The notes under the pieces: model-generated
The model's input: only the letters and a program-made list of their open reading frames with translations
Databases searched by the model: none
Told to the model about the DNA's origin: nothing
Shown here: in pieces, positions 26,767 through 36,174 of the stretch
Layout: each line of letters starts with the position of its first letter
Position numbering within the stretch: the first letter of the stretch is position 1
Origin: Opitutaceae bacterium
Lineage (GTDB): Bacteria; Verrucomicrobiota; Verrucomicrobiia; Opitutales; Opitutaceae
NCBI GenBank assembly: GCA_041652235.1
Contig: JBAZHQ010000001.1
Location: 32 to 64,031, forward strand
Direction of reading: 5' to 3'
DNA length: 64,000 bases
Translations under genes and position numbers: made by a program

Positions 26767-27289
26767 TGGCCTTCTCTCCTGCGTCAATGAACGAGTTTGG
26801 GTTGGTTGCCAGCACCTCGTCGAACGAGTGAACGTAGATCGATAGCTTGGCAATGCAGGCATACACACAGTCCCGTGAATCCTCCGACCCACCTAGCGAA
26901 AGTAGCAGCGGTTTCTGCCCGTTTTCTTTTATGATCATCAGCGGCTGCTTTCCATACAGCTTCGCCTGCTCGCGGGTTTTGATCCACATCTTCGCCAGAT
27001 CCCCGGTCGTCCGGTAGAAGAGGGAATCCAGCTTCAGGCTCTTGTAGTTCTTGCACTCCACATAGAACACATCTAGGAAGTGGTGGCCTTCCGGATCGAT
27101 GGCGGCAATGTCCCCGCTCTGCACGTGCAGGGTCGTGTCGCCTTTCTTCGCCCGCGTCGTCGCCCGGCCGCCGCTCTGACTGCTGCGCCAATACAGATGC
27201 TCGGATCGCCCCCCGCTGATCCACAACGAGAGCTGCCTGCATACAAGCCGCTCAAAGCGGGAGCCTTTGGTTTTTGATGCTCGGCCCAT
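26615..27289 (-). CDS. PD-(D/E)XK-type nuclease, possible Holliday-junction resolvase
   Basis: KGSRFERLVCRQL...SGDIAAI...FYVECKNYK fits a G..FE / D / ExK layout. The 3' 152 nt overlap the sbcD-like gene out of frame. Confidence 0.45.
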   Translation of the reverse strand: MGRASKTKGSRFERLVCRQLSLWISGGRSEHLYWRSSQSGGRATTRAKKGDTTLHVQSGDIAAIDPEGHHFLDVFYVECKNYKSLKLDSLFYRTTGDLAKMWIKTREQAKLYGKQPLMIIKENGQKPLLLSLGGSEDSRDCVYACIAKLSIYVHSFDEVLATNPNSFIDAGEKANANARHGGLASDGSSEGRVSLDVSDGMAVGAKLLKPGDPRRSHRRKRLSL

Positions 27290-27369
27290 CTAGGTCTCCT
27301 TACGGGTAAAAGGTAATCGGGGGTGGCATCGCGGCTTTCGGTTACACGCTCGCTGTCGCCACACCACCA

Positions 27370-28359
27370 TCAGTATTTGCTCCGCTTCGGGGCGAAGGTC
27401 ATCTCCACGCGGTCCCACTCCCGCCGCAGCAGCTTCGAGATGCGTGCCCGCCAACGTCGGTAGTCGCGGTCGTCCAGCCCCTTCATCCACCTGTCGATAT
27501 CCCGCCACCGCCTGCAGCCGTCGACCAGGGACGACGCCGATACACCGTTCGCCTCAAGCCAGTCGCACGCGGCCTGCACGTCGTCCATCCCATAGGAAAA
27601 CAGGATGGGGAAGTCCGCCTCGCGGAACGGTGGGCCGATCTTATTCTTCTTGACCTTCGCCCGGATCTGCACGCCAACCACACGCTTGATCTTTTTCACC
27701 GTCCGCGTGATCTGCTTGAGGTGGGCCAGCCATACAATCTGCGAGGCATAGAAGTCCAACGCCCGGCCTCCCGTCCTTGTGTGCCGCTCGCCGAACATGA
27801 CGCCGATGTTGTCGCGAGTCTGCGAGATGATCACGAACGTCATACACGCCTTGCTCATCCGCTGGGTCAGCCTGCGGAATAGCTGACCCATCTGCTTCGG
27901 CTTGGTCCCGCCGAACGTGGCCTCGTCGATCTTCCGCTTTTGCTCAGCCCGATCCGATACAGCATCCAGGCTGTCGAGGATATACAGCCCCGGGCCGGTG
28001 GCCCGCCCAATCGCCGCCTCCATGTCTTCGAAGACGTCCTCGACGGTTTCCAGCCCCCGCATCATGTCAACGCGGTCCAACGGGAGCCCTAAGCTGCGAG
28101 CGTAGGGCTCGTCGAAGGCCGCCTCGGTCTCGCGATAGAAAATCTTGCCATCCGGATACAGGGCAGCGAAATTGGCCGTCGCCTCGATAGCCAGCAGGGT
28201 CTTGCCGGTGCTCTTGTCGCCCACGATGTTTACGATCCTGCCCTCCGGCCAGCCCCCACCCAGGGCGCAGTCTAGCAGCGCGCAACCGCTGCTAAACAGC
28301 TTCACCGATGCAGGTGGGTCAAAATATGCGCCGCCGCCCAGCTTCAGTCTCTTGGCCAT
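27370..28359 (-). CDS. RecA-superfamily recombinase-like ATPase
   Basis: Start at the internal ATG (MAKRLKL). LDCALGGGWPEGRIVNIVGDKSTGKTLLA is a RecA-type Walker A context, and LYILDSLDA a Walker B. Confidence 0.65.
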   Translation of the reverse strand: MAKRLKLGGGAYFDPPASVKLFSSGCALLDCALGGGWPEGRIVNIVGDKSTGKTLLAIEATANFAALYPDGKIFYRETEAAFDEPYARSLGLPLDRVDMMRGLETVEDVFEDMEAAIGRATGPGLYILDSLDAVSDRAEQKRKIDEATFGGTKPKQMGQLFRRLTQRMSKACMTFVIISQTRDNIGVMFGERHTRTGGRALDFYASQIVWLAHLKQITRTVKKIKRVVGVQIRAKVKKNKIGPPFREADFPILFSYGMDDVQAACDWLEANGVSASSLVDGCRRWRDIDRWMKGLDDRDYRRWRARISKLLRREWDRVEMTFAPKRSKY

Positions 28360-28431
28360 ACAAACTGCTCCGGCTAAAGTGTGTGACAAAAATATGGGAG
28401 GCAGGTTTGAATCCCGCCTCCCACACACGCG

Positions 28432-29385
28432 TCAGCTTTCTGCGTCCTCATCCTCCTGGGCCAGCCGCTTCAGCTTGCGGCCCTTCGCGCATACACAGAA
28501 CCCGCCCTTGCTATTGCGGCCCGTGTCCTCGCAGGCCACGCAGTCGTAGTCCTCGTCATCCTCGTCCTCATCCTCAGAACGGGATGTCGTCGTCCGGGAT
28601 CTGGTCGTAGACGCCGGCCTGCTCTTTTGCCGGCTGCGAGTAGGGCGAGCCTCGTCCTCGTCATCCTCGTCCTCGTCGTCCTCAGCCGGCTTCATCCCGG
28701 ACGCAGCCGCCGCGATCCGCTTGGCGTCGAAGTACTGCAGCACGGATTTCAACGGATTGTCAGCCACGAAGTCCAACCACTCCTGCGCCCGATCCGCGTC
28801 GTCACACAATGGCGACGGCCGACGGTCAATCTTGATGCCGATATACTTTGTCTTCAGCTTCGCCCCGGTCTTGGTGAAGGTGACGTCATAACCCTCTTCC
28901 GGATCGTCGATGAACAAAGCCTCGCGGGACCGCGCGTCGATACACAAAGTGGCGATGTCCCGGTCAACCGTCCAGGCCATGGGCCAAAGCAGGGGGCCGG
29001 CTTCCTCGTCGTCTCGGTCAATGACCCAGCACAACACGCGCTTCGTGGCGGTCAAAGCCCGGACGTAATCCTCGTCGCCGCCCTCCGCTCGATTGCGCTC
29101 CAGGCAGACCGGGCATTCCTCTCCCTTCATCTTGTCCAAGCACAGGTAGCTCTGGTTGTCGCTGCCGATGCCGTAGTGGACATAGATATCGAGCCCGTAG
29201 TGCTCGGCGTCCTCCCAGCTTGCAGGCAGAAATCGCACGCGGTTTTCGCCGTCCTTGACCTTGAAAACGGCGAAGTCCTGCTTGAAGATTGAATCGAACA
29301 TCCCGCCGCTCTGGGATGCCCGTTTCTGCACCGCAGCCTTGTCCCGCCGCCGATACTCGAATCGGCCCCGACTTCTTTTAGCCAT
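28432..29385 (-). CDS. gp32-like ssDNA-binding protein with an acidic tail and an extra C-terminal Cys cluster
   Basis: Start at the internal ATG (MAKRSRG). ENRVRFLP, Zn-finger-like CLDKMKGEECPVC, the acidic run EDDEDEDDEDE, then CVACEDTGRNSKGGFCVC. Confidence 0.55.
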   Translation of the reverse strand: MAKRSRGRFEYRRRDKAAVQKRASQSGGMFDSIFKQDFAVFKVKDGENRVRFLPASWEDAEHYGLDIYVHYGIGSDNQSYLCLDKMKGEECPVCLERNRAEGGDEDYVRALTATKRVLCWVIDRDDEEAGPLLWPMAWTVDRDIATLCIDARSREALFIDDPEEGYDVTFTKTGAKLKTKYIGIKIDRRPSPLCDDADRAQEWLDFVADNPLKSVLQYFDAKRIAAAASGMKPAEDDEDEDDEDEARPTRSRQKSRPASTTRSRTTTSRSEDEDEDDEDYDCVACEDTGRNSKGGFCVCAKGRKLKRLAQEDEDAES

Positions 29386-29532
29386 CTCATTTTCTCCTTG
29401 GTTTGATTCTGAACGCAGACCGAATCGCAGAGAGCTTTCCACCGTAGAAGGCGCGGCTCGCGATCCATACCAGGGCATAGACGCCGGCACACACCGACAG
29501 CACGCCCGCCACAACATACATGACGTTGACCA

Positions 29533-30024
29533 TCACAGCACCCTTCTTGCACGGGACGATTTTTGACGGTACGCCTCACGAAGCGCGTCGCGCCGATCGT
29601 CCTTCAACCGACCCGGCCCGGGGCCACCGACGGCATTGGTTGCAAAATAGCCAGCGACATACAAACTGCACAGATCCTTCAACACGAACGCCCGCTGGGC
29701 AAACGACTCTTTGATAGCGAACGCTTGATCCGCCGCCTCCCTGGCAGTCAGATAGGCATCGACCGCCCGCCTGTATCGCCGATCCATCTCCACCTCCGAC
29801 TTGACCATGGCCTCGGTTAGCTTCCGGTCCTCCTCGGCCGCCTCCTGGCGAATCCGCCCCTCTGCACTCGCCCAAGCCACGCTAACGGCCTCCTTCAGCC
29901 CATCGCGCACCGATACAGCCTGCGCATGATCCTGGGACACCTGGAGAAAGAGCGAAGGCTGCCGCACCAACTCCTGGTCCAGGCTATTGATGTCAATCTT
30001 GATTTCCTGGTCGTACTCGCTCAT
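29533..30024 (-). CDS. Hypothetical helical protein (163 aa)
   Basis: Internal ATG (MSEYDQE) within the recombination gene neighbourhood. Confidence 0.45.
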   Translation of the reverse strand: MSEYDQEIKIDINSLDQELVRQPSLFLQVSQDHAQAVSVRDGLKEAVSVAWASAEGRIRQEAAEEDRKLTEAMVKSEVEMDRRYRRAVDAYLTAREAADQAFAIKESFAQRAFVLKDLCSLYVAGYFATNAVGGPGPGRLKDDRRDALREAYRQKSSRARRVL

Positions 30025-30292
30025 GGGCCGCCTCCCGCTGGTTTTCCCGATCCAGCACTTTGTATGCATCCCGACAAACAGGATGCAGCAGCATCTTACA
30101 CATCTTGCAGTTATTTTCGCACTGGGCCGCCTTGTATGCGATCACATACAAATTGTGGGCCGCCCAACGCAGCCGCCTGATCCGCTGCTCCAGCCCTTCC
30201 ACCAGATCAGCCAACCGATCGCGATCGGCAAAGACCTGCTCCCAGTCTGGTGGGGCCTTCTTCCCTCGCCGAAACCACGCCTTGAGTCCCAT
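29993..30292 (-). CDS. Hypothetical Cys-containing small protein
   Basis: 99 aa containing CENNCKMCKMLLHPVC, preceded by GGTAGGAGGATGAGCG. Confidence 0.4.
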   Translation of the reverse strand: MGLKAWFRRGKKAPPDWEQVFADRDRLADLVEGLEQRIRRLRWAAHNLYVIAYKAAQCENNCKMCKMLLHPVCRDAYKVLDRENQREAAHERVRPGNQD

Positions 30293-30332
30293 CGCTCATC
30301 CTCCTACCTACACATACAAAATGCGCGCGGAC

Positions 30333-31259
30333 CTACGAAAAAATAGCCCGGCCAACAGAAAGCAACAGCGGGGCGAAGCCCTCCGACGAATGATACGGCT
30401 CCGAAAACGCGTCCATCAGTTCCAGGCCCCTACCGGCCTTCTCGTCCGATTTGATCCCCAACGCCACGGTGGTCAGGTACGCCAGGGTGACAAGCCGGAT
30501 GCTCTCGGCGTTTTGATCCCGCAACGGTGCGAGGATCTTTGCCGCCTTTGCCCAGGTCAGGCCACCCCGAACCAGCTCCCGGGCCAACGCGATCGCGTCC
30601 CCGCCCTCGTCGGCCCGCTGCAGGGCCACCAGGGCGTCCTTGGGGGCCTTGACGCTATAACACTGGGCCAAGTAGGACAACGCACGTCGGGGCGAACCCT
30701 GGGCTTGTCGGGCAAGCACCTCAATTACCTCCTGAGAGGTAGGATAGCCCTCCACCTCGACCACCTTGGTGAGCAGCATATAAAGATCGTCCACGCTGAC
30801 CGGCCGCAGCTCAACGCATACACACCGCGTCTCGATGGTCTTGGGGATCTTCCCAGCCTCGGTCGTACAAAACACCCAATACACATGCTCGGGGGGCTCC
30901 TCCACCGACTTGAGCAGGCTCTGCCACGCCTGCTTGCTCAGGGCATGGGCCTCGTCGATCACGACGACCTTGATGCCCGTCTCGCCGAAACCCTGGTAGG
31001 GCACAGACTCGGATACAGATCGCATGGCGTCGATCCCTGTGTGGGTCGCCGCGTCGATCTCTAGGAGGTTTCTGGGGTCACAGCCGACCTCGCCGGCCAG
31101 GATCCGGGCCAGGGTCGTCTTGCCGACCCCGCTCGGCCCTGTCAACAAAAAGGATCTTGCGGTCCGCTTGCGAAGCACCCGCCGAAGGCTTTTGACCGCC
31201 GCCTCTTGGCCATACACCTGTGACCATTCCGTTGGCCGATATTTCACCGCGAGATTCAT
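30333..31259 (-). CDS. Clamp-loader AAA+ ATPase (DnaX/RFC-like)
   Basis: ATG (MNLAVKYRP) lies 6 nt after AGGAGG (the track start is a TTG). KYRPTEW..V.GQ, GPSGVGKTT, VVVIDEAHAL and CTTE motifs are present. Confidence 0.8.
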   Translation of the reverse strand: MNLAVKYRPTEWSQVYGQEAAVKSLRRVLRKRTARSFLLTGPSGVGKTTLARILAGEVGCDPRNLLEIDAATHTGIDAMRSVSESVPYQGFGETGIKVVVIDEAHALSKQAWQSLLKSVEEPPEHVYWVFCTTEAGKIPKTIETRCVCVELRPVSVDDLYMLLTKVVEVEGYPTSQEVIEVLARQAQGSPRRALSYLAQCYSVKAPKDALVALQRADEGGDAIALARELVRGGLTWAKAAKILAPLRDQNAESIRLVTLAYLTTVALGIKSDEKAGRGLELMDAFSEPYHSSEGFAPLLLSVGRAIFS

Positions 31260-31260
31260 A

Positions 31261-32355
31261 CTAGTCCTCCTGATCAAGTCCGGGCAGCGTCACCCTCGCC
31301 CGTCTGTTTGTATGCCCACCAAATGCCGAAAGCCGGCTCTGCACCAAGCAGTGCGGGCTGAACCATACACGCTCCCGCATCGCGTTTTCGCGCGACTTGC
31401 TCTTCTTCCGATCCTTGCCTTTGCGAATCAATCCGTAGCCGCCGACCGCCTTCCACTCCACACACTCCCACGAGTCCGGTATATCATACTCGCCCTCGTA
31501 GCCACACAGGGCGATCCGAAGCCTGGGGTCGTCGCCATGGGCCATGGCCCAACGGTGCGCGTCGTGGCCAACGTCGCCGCTGTCGTTCGAGTACACGCCC
31601 ATCGTCCGATCGGCCGCACTGGTATAGGGCGGGTCGAGAAAGATGCCACAAGTCTTCCCGCAGGCAAAAAAGTGTGCCATCGCATCGCCGCTCTTGCCAC
31701 CGCATACACGGTACCACTCGCCGCTGCATACACGGACCCGGCGCAGCCTCATGGCCAACTTCTCGAAGTAGGCCACCAGGCTCTTAATGCCAGCACGATG
31801 CACGCCCTCGCCGCCGCCCAATTTCGGTACCTTGACGCCGACATCTTCCGCCTGCAATTCCAACCCAAAGCTCCTCCGATGCACGCCGGCTCCACCATCA
31901 CCAAGATTGGGAATCTTCTCTGGGGATTTTGCACCGTCGTCGAAGCACCAGCCACTGCCCAGCCATTGGCTCGCACCCCACACCCACCAACCCGCGATCT
32001 TGGCGTCGAAGTAGTATGGATCGGTCTTGATCTTCCGCTCGTGCCGCTTGCGGTTCCGTCGCAACCACGCATGCCGGGCAACCAAGTCGGCCTCGTTCAC
32101 AGGCCAGTCGCAGTGCATGGCGACGGCCTCGGGATCTTGCTGCACCGCTCGCCAGAAATTGCTCAGGAAACAATCTTTGTCATTGACGGTCTCGCTCCGA
32201 TTCCCGTCCCAAGGCCAGTGCGGTCTCGCCAGCAGCACAGCCATCGACCCCGCGAACGGCTCGATGTAATTTGGGACGTCCCCGAAGTGATCCCATACAA
32301 CCTGGGCGATTCCAGACTTCCCACCAAAGTACGTGAAGGGGGCTTTGAGTGTCAT
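31261..32355 (-). CDS. dam: N6-adenine DNA methyltransferase (D12/Dam class)
   Basis: YFGGKS, EPFAGSMAV and IFLDPPY motifs. Confidence 0.8.
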   Translation of the reverse strand: MTLKAPFTYFGGKSGIAQVVWDHFGDVPNYIEPFAGSMAVLLARPHWPWDGNRSETVNDKDCFLSNFWRAVQQDPEAVAMHCDWPVNEADLVARHAWLRRNRKRHERKIKTDPYYFDAKIAGWWVWGASQWLGSGWCFDDGAKSPEKIPNLGDGGAGVHRRSFGLELQAEDVGVKVPKLGGGEGVHRAGIKSLVAYFEKLAMRLRRVRVCSGEWYRVCGGKSGDAMAHFFACGKTCGIFLDPPYTSAADRTMGVYSNDSGDVGHDAHRWAMAHGDDPRLRIALCGYEGEYDIPDSWECVEWKAVGGYGLIRKGKDRKKSKSRENAMRERVWFSPHCLVQSRLSAFGGHTNRRARVTLPGLDQED

Positions 32356-32540
32356 ACAAAGTGCTCCTTGATCGCTTTGATCGTCCGGACGACTCGCTTG
32401 TACGGATGGTCACAATACAGGTGCATCGCACGCTCCGCATCCCTTCGAAGCTCGTGGGTGAACGGCACCGGACCTATCGACCCCATAAAGGCCAGAGTCT
32501 CCCAAGTCTCCCCGTCTTCGGACCATTCAATCTTCCACAT
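32352..32540 (-). CDS. Hypothetical small protein (62 aa)
   Basis: Internal ATG (MWKIEWSEDGETW) shares one base with the polymerase TGA. Confidence 0.4.
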   Translation of the reverse strand: MWKIEWSEDGETWETLAFMGSIGPVPFTHELRRDAERAMHLYCDHPYKRVVRTIKAIKEHFV

Positions 32541-35143
32541 CAATACACCTCGTCTGAAAAGTAGACTCCGATCGGTTTCAGGTCGGCCCAATTCGGGCCG
32601 ACCGCCACTTCCACGCTTAGTGGGACAACCATCCAGTCATACACGGGCCGAAGCATCTCGCGCACAATCTCCCCCGTAATCCTGTCGACCTCGTCCTTCG
32701 GCACGTAGAATGTCAGATCATCATGAATATCCAATACAGCCTGAAACGCAGGTTGATCCTCACGATCCGCCCGAACGCTCAGCCGGCTCATCGCCTCCAC
32801 AACGATGTCGCTCGCCGCGCCCTGTATGGTATTGTTGAGCAGTTGGTTCGTGCTCAACGGGGCTCGCCGCCGACGACCGGACAATCCTACGACGTACCCG
32901 TCACGGTGATAGGCAACCTGCTGCTCATCCTGCCATCGCCATACACCAGCAAACTCGCTCTTAAACTGCTCAAATAGATCCCGGCAGCAGCGTTGCAATC
33001 CACCAAGCCTCGCCGATACAGATTCATACTCAGCACCATAGAAGCCGGCTAGCACCCAGTTGCTTTTCACATCCTGCCGCAACTTCTTGATGTTCTTACC
33101 GTACCGACGATAGGTCTTCGGATCTGCCTCGGCAATTCGCTCGGCCCAATCCAGATGGATGTCCACGCGATCCCGGATCGAATCGCACAGCTTTCTATCC
33201 CGAGACGCCATCGCGATTACTCGTGGCTCGATCTGGCCATAGTCGGCCGACACCATAACGTGTTCGTGAATCTTCCAGTTCCGATCCAGCTTCGGAGTGC
33301 TAACCATCGCACGGATCCAACCATGCTCCCGCTTAGGGAAATTCTGCACGTTCGGGCTGTCAGAACTAAGCCGCCCGGTGACCGTCGCCATCGCGTTGAA
33401 ATTCGTGTGCAGCCGCCCATCCGCCGATACAAGCCCGCCGACCGGCATACACGGATCGACGTAGGTGCTCTTCTGCTTCTGCAACGTCCGCAGCTCAAGA
33501 ATCGCGTCCGCCATCGGAATGCCCATCGCCGACAATGCCGCGTCGTCCACCGAGTAGCCGGATTTATTTTTGCTTCGGTTACCCTCCGGCCGGCCCAGGA
33601 TGTCGCGGAACAGCACGGTCAGTTGCAAGTTCGACGACGGAGACAACGGCTTCCCCGTTTTCCGTTCATACAGAGCGGCCTCCTCGCTATCCTGGATCTT
33701 GAACATACAGCTCATGATCTTCCGGTCGAGCTGCTTCGAAAACTTCTCGACGGTGTCGAAGTTGACCACGAGACCTTTCTGCTGCGCCTTGACCAGGGTC
33801 AACGTTCGGCGAATCTGCATTTTGTATGTATCGAGGAGTCCCTCGGCGAGGATCTCTTCCCGCTGCTTCGCATACAGTTTGGCAGTATATTTCGCGTCGA
33901 TCGCGTTGTACCTCAGCAAAACGTCGAACGGCACCTCGGACATCTTTGACCGATCCGAGACGCCTCCGAGAGACTTGATCCGCATTCCCAGCGCATACAA
34001 ACAGCAGCTATCCAGGCTGTGGACCCCGGGATGCTCGTCGAGGATGTAGCTTTGGGCCATCGTGTCGCCCCAGCCCGTCCGCCGCCAAGGACCGTGCTCC
34101 GCATACATCCAGGTCAGCCACTCAAGCTCGAACGCTAGATTGTGCGCGACCTTCATACAGGGAGACTTCAGGAATGCCAGGACGCCCTCCCTCAACCGAC
34201 GGGCATCGTCGGCCAGCCAGCCAGCCAGTCTGTGGTGGGCCGGCGCGACCCAGGTAACCTCGCCATCGCTGACCGCGATCGACAGCCAGCCGGCCGTAGA
34301 CGGAACGAAAAAATATGGCCGCAACCCGGCCGTCTCAATATCAAACGCCACGGTGGCCTTGGTGTTGGCCCACTCCCCCAATTGGGCCAACATTCCAGAA
34401 AGCCCCCTGGAGTCCGTGGCGTAGCACACACCGCGATCCGCCCGGGTAGGGCTCTCGGGCCGAGCCCTACCCAAACCGGCCGCCAAACGGGCTGCTAGGC
34501 CCCTCAGATCGCGACGGAAGACCGGCTCCCACTCCACGGTTTCCTGGCCGCCGAACGACCTCCCGGATCGTAATACAAAAGAGGGGTGCAGGATCGGATA
34601 CACCCAGCACCTATGCCCCCCGACCCGGGCCGGCATCAACTTGCCCCGCCACTTCGTGATCGCCGTCTCCCCGGTCAGCCAGGCCAGGGCCACCGCCCCG
34701 ACCGCCAAGATCACCTGTGGCCTCGCCCGCTCAATACTCGCGACCACCCGCTTGCGGCACCGCTCGATCTCTTCCTGCGTTGGAGTCCGGTTGCCGCTGG
34801 GCCGGCACCGCACGCAGTTGTCCCAGCATACAGCCACGTCAACCCCCGCCCGCCGCATCGCCTCCCGCAGCAGCTTGCCGCTCCGACCAACAAACTGCCG
34901 CCCCTCGGAATCCTCGTCTTCCCCGGGGGCCTCGCCGAGAACATACAGAACCGGATTGGCATCCCCGGTTGGCTTCATTTTCGGATGCCGAAGCCGGTCG
35001 TGATACAAACTGCATCCAGAACAGCCCTGAGATCCTACAGCCACGAGATAGTCTTTGGCGATCGCTCGTCCCCGCGCCGGCCCGGGCCGGCTTTGGCCCA
35101 GCCGCCCGGCACGGCTCTTGGCCTCGAAAAAGCTGTCGGCCAC
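32540..35143 (-). CDS. Family-4-like uracil-DNA glycosylase fused to a 3'-5' exonuclease and family A DNA polymerase
   Basis: UDG block GEAPGEDEDSEGRQFVGRSGKLL...HPS. PolA motif A is SADYGQIEPRV, motif B RQDVKSNWVLAGFYG and motif C DIHDDL. GTG start follows AGGAGGG. Confidence 0.85.
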   Translation of the reverse strand: MADSFFEAKSRAGRLGQSRPGPARGRAIAKDYLVAVGSQGCSGCSLYHDRLRHPKMKPTGDANPVLYVLGEAPGEDEDSEGRQFVGRSGKLLREAMRRAGVDVAVCWDNCVRCRPSGNRTPTQEEIERCRKRVVASIERARPQVILAVGAVALAWLTGETAITKWRGKLMPARVGGHRCWVYPILHPSFVLRSGRSFGGQETVEWEPVFRRDLRGLAARLAAGLGRARPESPTRADRGVCYATDSRGLSGMLAQLGEWANTKATVAFDIETAGLRPYFFVPSTAGWLSIAVSDGEVTWVAPAHHRLAGWLADDARRLREGVLAFLKSPCMKVAHNLAFELEWLTWMYAEHGPWRRTGWGDTMAQSYILDEHPGVHSLDSCCLYALGMRIKSLGGVSDRSKMSEVPFDVLLRYNAIDAKYTAKLYAKQREEILAEGLLDTYKMQIRRTLTLVKAQQKGLVVNFDTVEKFSKQLDRKIMSCMFKIQDSEEAALYERKTGKPLSPSSNLQLTVLFRDILGRPEGNRSKNKSGYSVDDAALSAMGIPMADAILELRTLQKQKSTYVDPCMPVGGLVSADGRLHTNFNAMATVTGRLSSDSPNVQNFPKREHGWIRAMVSTPKLDRNWKIHEHVMVSADYGQIEPRVIAMASRDRKLCDSIRDRVDIHLDWAERIAEADPKTYRRYGKNIKKLRQDVKSNWVLAGFYGAEYESVSARLGGLQRCCRDLFEQFKSEFAGVWRWQDEQQVAYHRDGYVVGLSGRRRRAPLSTNQLLNNTIQGAASDIVVEAMSRLSVRADREDQPAFQAVLDIHDDLTFYVPKDEVDRITGEIVREMLRPVYDWMVVPLSVEVAVGPNWADLKPIGVYFSDEVY

Positions 35144-35154
35144 AATACACCCTC

Positions 35155-36174
35155 CTAGCTGATCACCCCAAGCAAAACCTGAAACGCCTCACCCTCCAAA
35201 ACAAGGCTCCGCTCCGATAGCCCGATGGATGTGGCGTCCCCCAGGTACCGTGCAAGATACTCGGCGTGTGATACAGCCCGGATCGGTACCTCACCAAGAT
35301 CGATCCGGACACTATCCTTCACCTCCGCACCCTGAAACGTCGTAGTCATCCGCAGCACGCCGGAGTCGTACACAAACTCCGTCCGATCTTTGTCGACCGC
35401 CATTGCTCGATCGATACAGCCATGCAGGGCCTCGGGGATCTCTGCCATCACGATTGAGGCGGGCTTAACCGCCTCGAAGACCCGCTCAAACTGCTTTGGA
35501 TCCGATGCCCGGCCGGTCTCGGCCTCTCGAATCGCCTGCCCATACAACCTCACGTCAGCCCTCTCCGCATACAAACCGCCGCCCTCCAAAAACCAGATGG
35601 TTCCCTTCGGCGGCATAAGCTCGCAGAACCTCGACGGCATGACCACACTATCCAGGCACGCTCCTCGCGGGATAGACACTCGCACCAAGGTAGTTTCGTC
35701 CGTGGCATACAAAGTGATCCGCCGCTTCGAAAAGGTGAAGGTAATCCCCGAGCGCAAAGGATTCTCTGGATCGCTGGACGCAGAACGGGACGCGATCCGA
35801 AGCGACCCTGTCAGACAATCGTCGATCGGGATGCTCACGCCGGACTTCCTGGGGCATACAAACGGATAGCTCTCCTCGGGAAGCAGCGCAAACCTCGCAC
35901 GAGTCCGACCGATCTTGAAAAGCACTTCAGAATTTCCCTCCCCGATCTCCAGCAACACCTGCTTCGCCGAAGAAAGGCTGAGGATAGACACCACTTCCCC
36001 GGGCACGCACCCGACGAACCCGACGTCGCACGGTGAGCGCAACGCCACGACTCCGTCATACGCAGTTACATACCCGTCCGACCCAAAGCACAGATGCGAC
36101 AAAATCGGCATCGCCCCTCGGCCCAGGGCCGGCGTCACGCGCTTCAGACACCGCAGCAAATCTTCACGATCCAT
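35155..36174 (-). CDS. Sliding-clamp (DnaN-like) protein
   Basis: Start at the internal ATG (MDREDLLRCLKRV...PILSHLCF....VTAYDG). Size and N-terminal pattern resemble beta clamps, and the gene lies next to the polymerase. Confidence 0.55.
   Translation of the reverse strand: MDREDLLRCLKRVTPALGRGAMPILSHLCFGSDGYVTAYDGVVALRSPCDVGFVGCVPGEVVSILSLSSAKQVLLEIGEGNSEVLFKIGRTRARFALLPEESYPFVCPRKSGVSIPIDDCLTGSLRIASRSASSDPENPLRSGITFTFSKRRITLYATDETTLVRVSIPRGACLDSVVMPSRFCELMPPKGTIWFLEGGGLYAERADVRLYGQAIREAETGRASDPKQFERVFEAVKPASIVMAEIPEALHGCIDRAMAVDKDRTEFVYDSGVLRMTTTFQGAEVKDSVRIDLGEVPIRAVSHAEYLARYLGDATSIGLSERSLVLEGEAFQVLLGVIS

Noticed and set aside
26860-28495. Explaining the ATACA/TGTAT excess as ordinary Tyr (TAT) codon preference
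   Set aside because: The same genes also use TAC (for example QYAYK = CAG TAT GCG TAC AAG in the capsid gene). The pentamer appears in all three frames (CTG-TAT, GTA-TCG/TGG, TGT-ATG) and in intergenic DNA, so a single codon preference cannot account for it.
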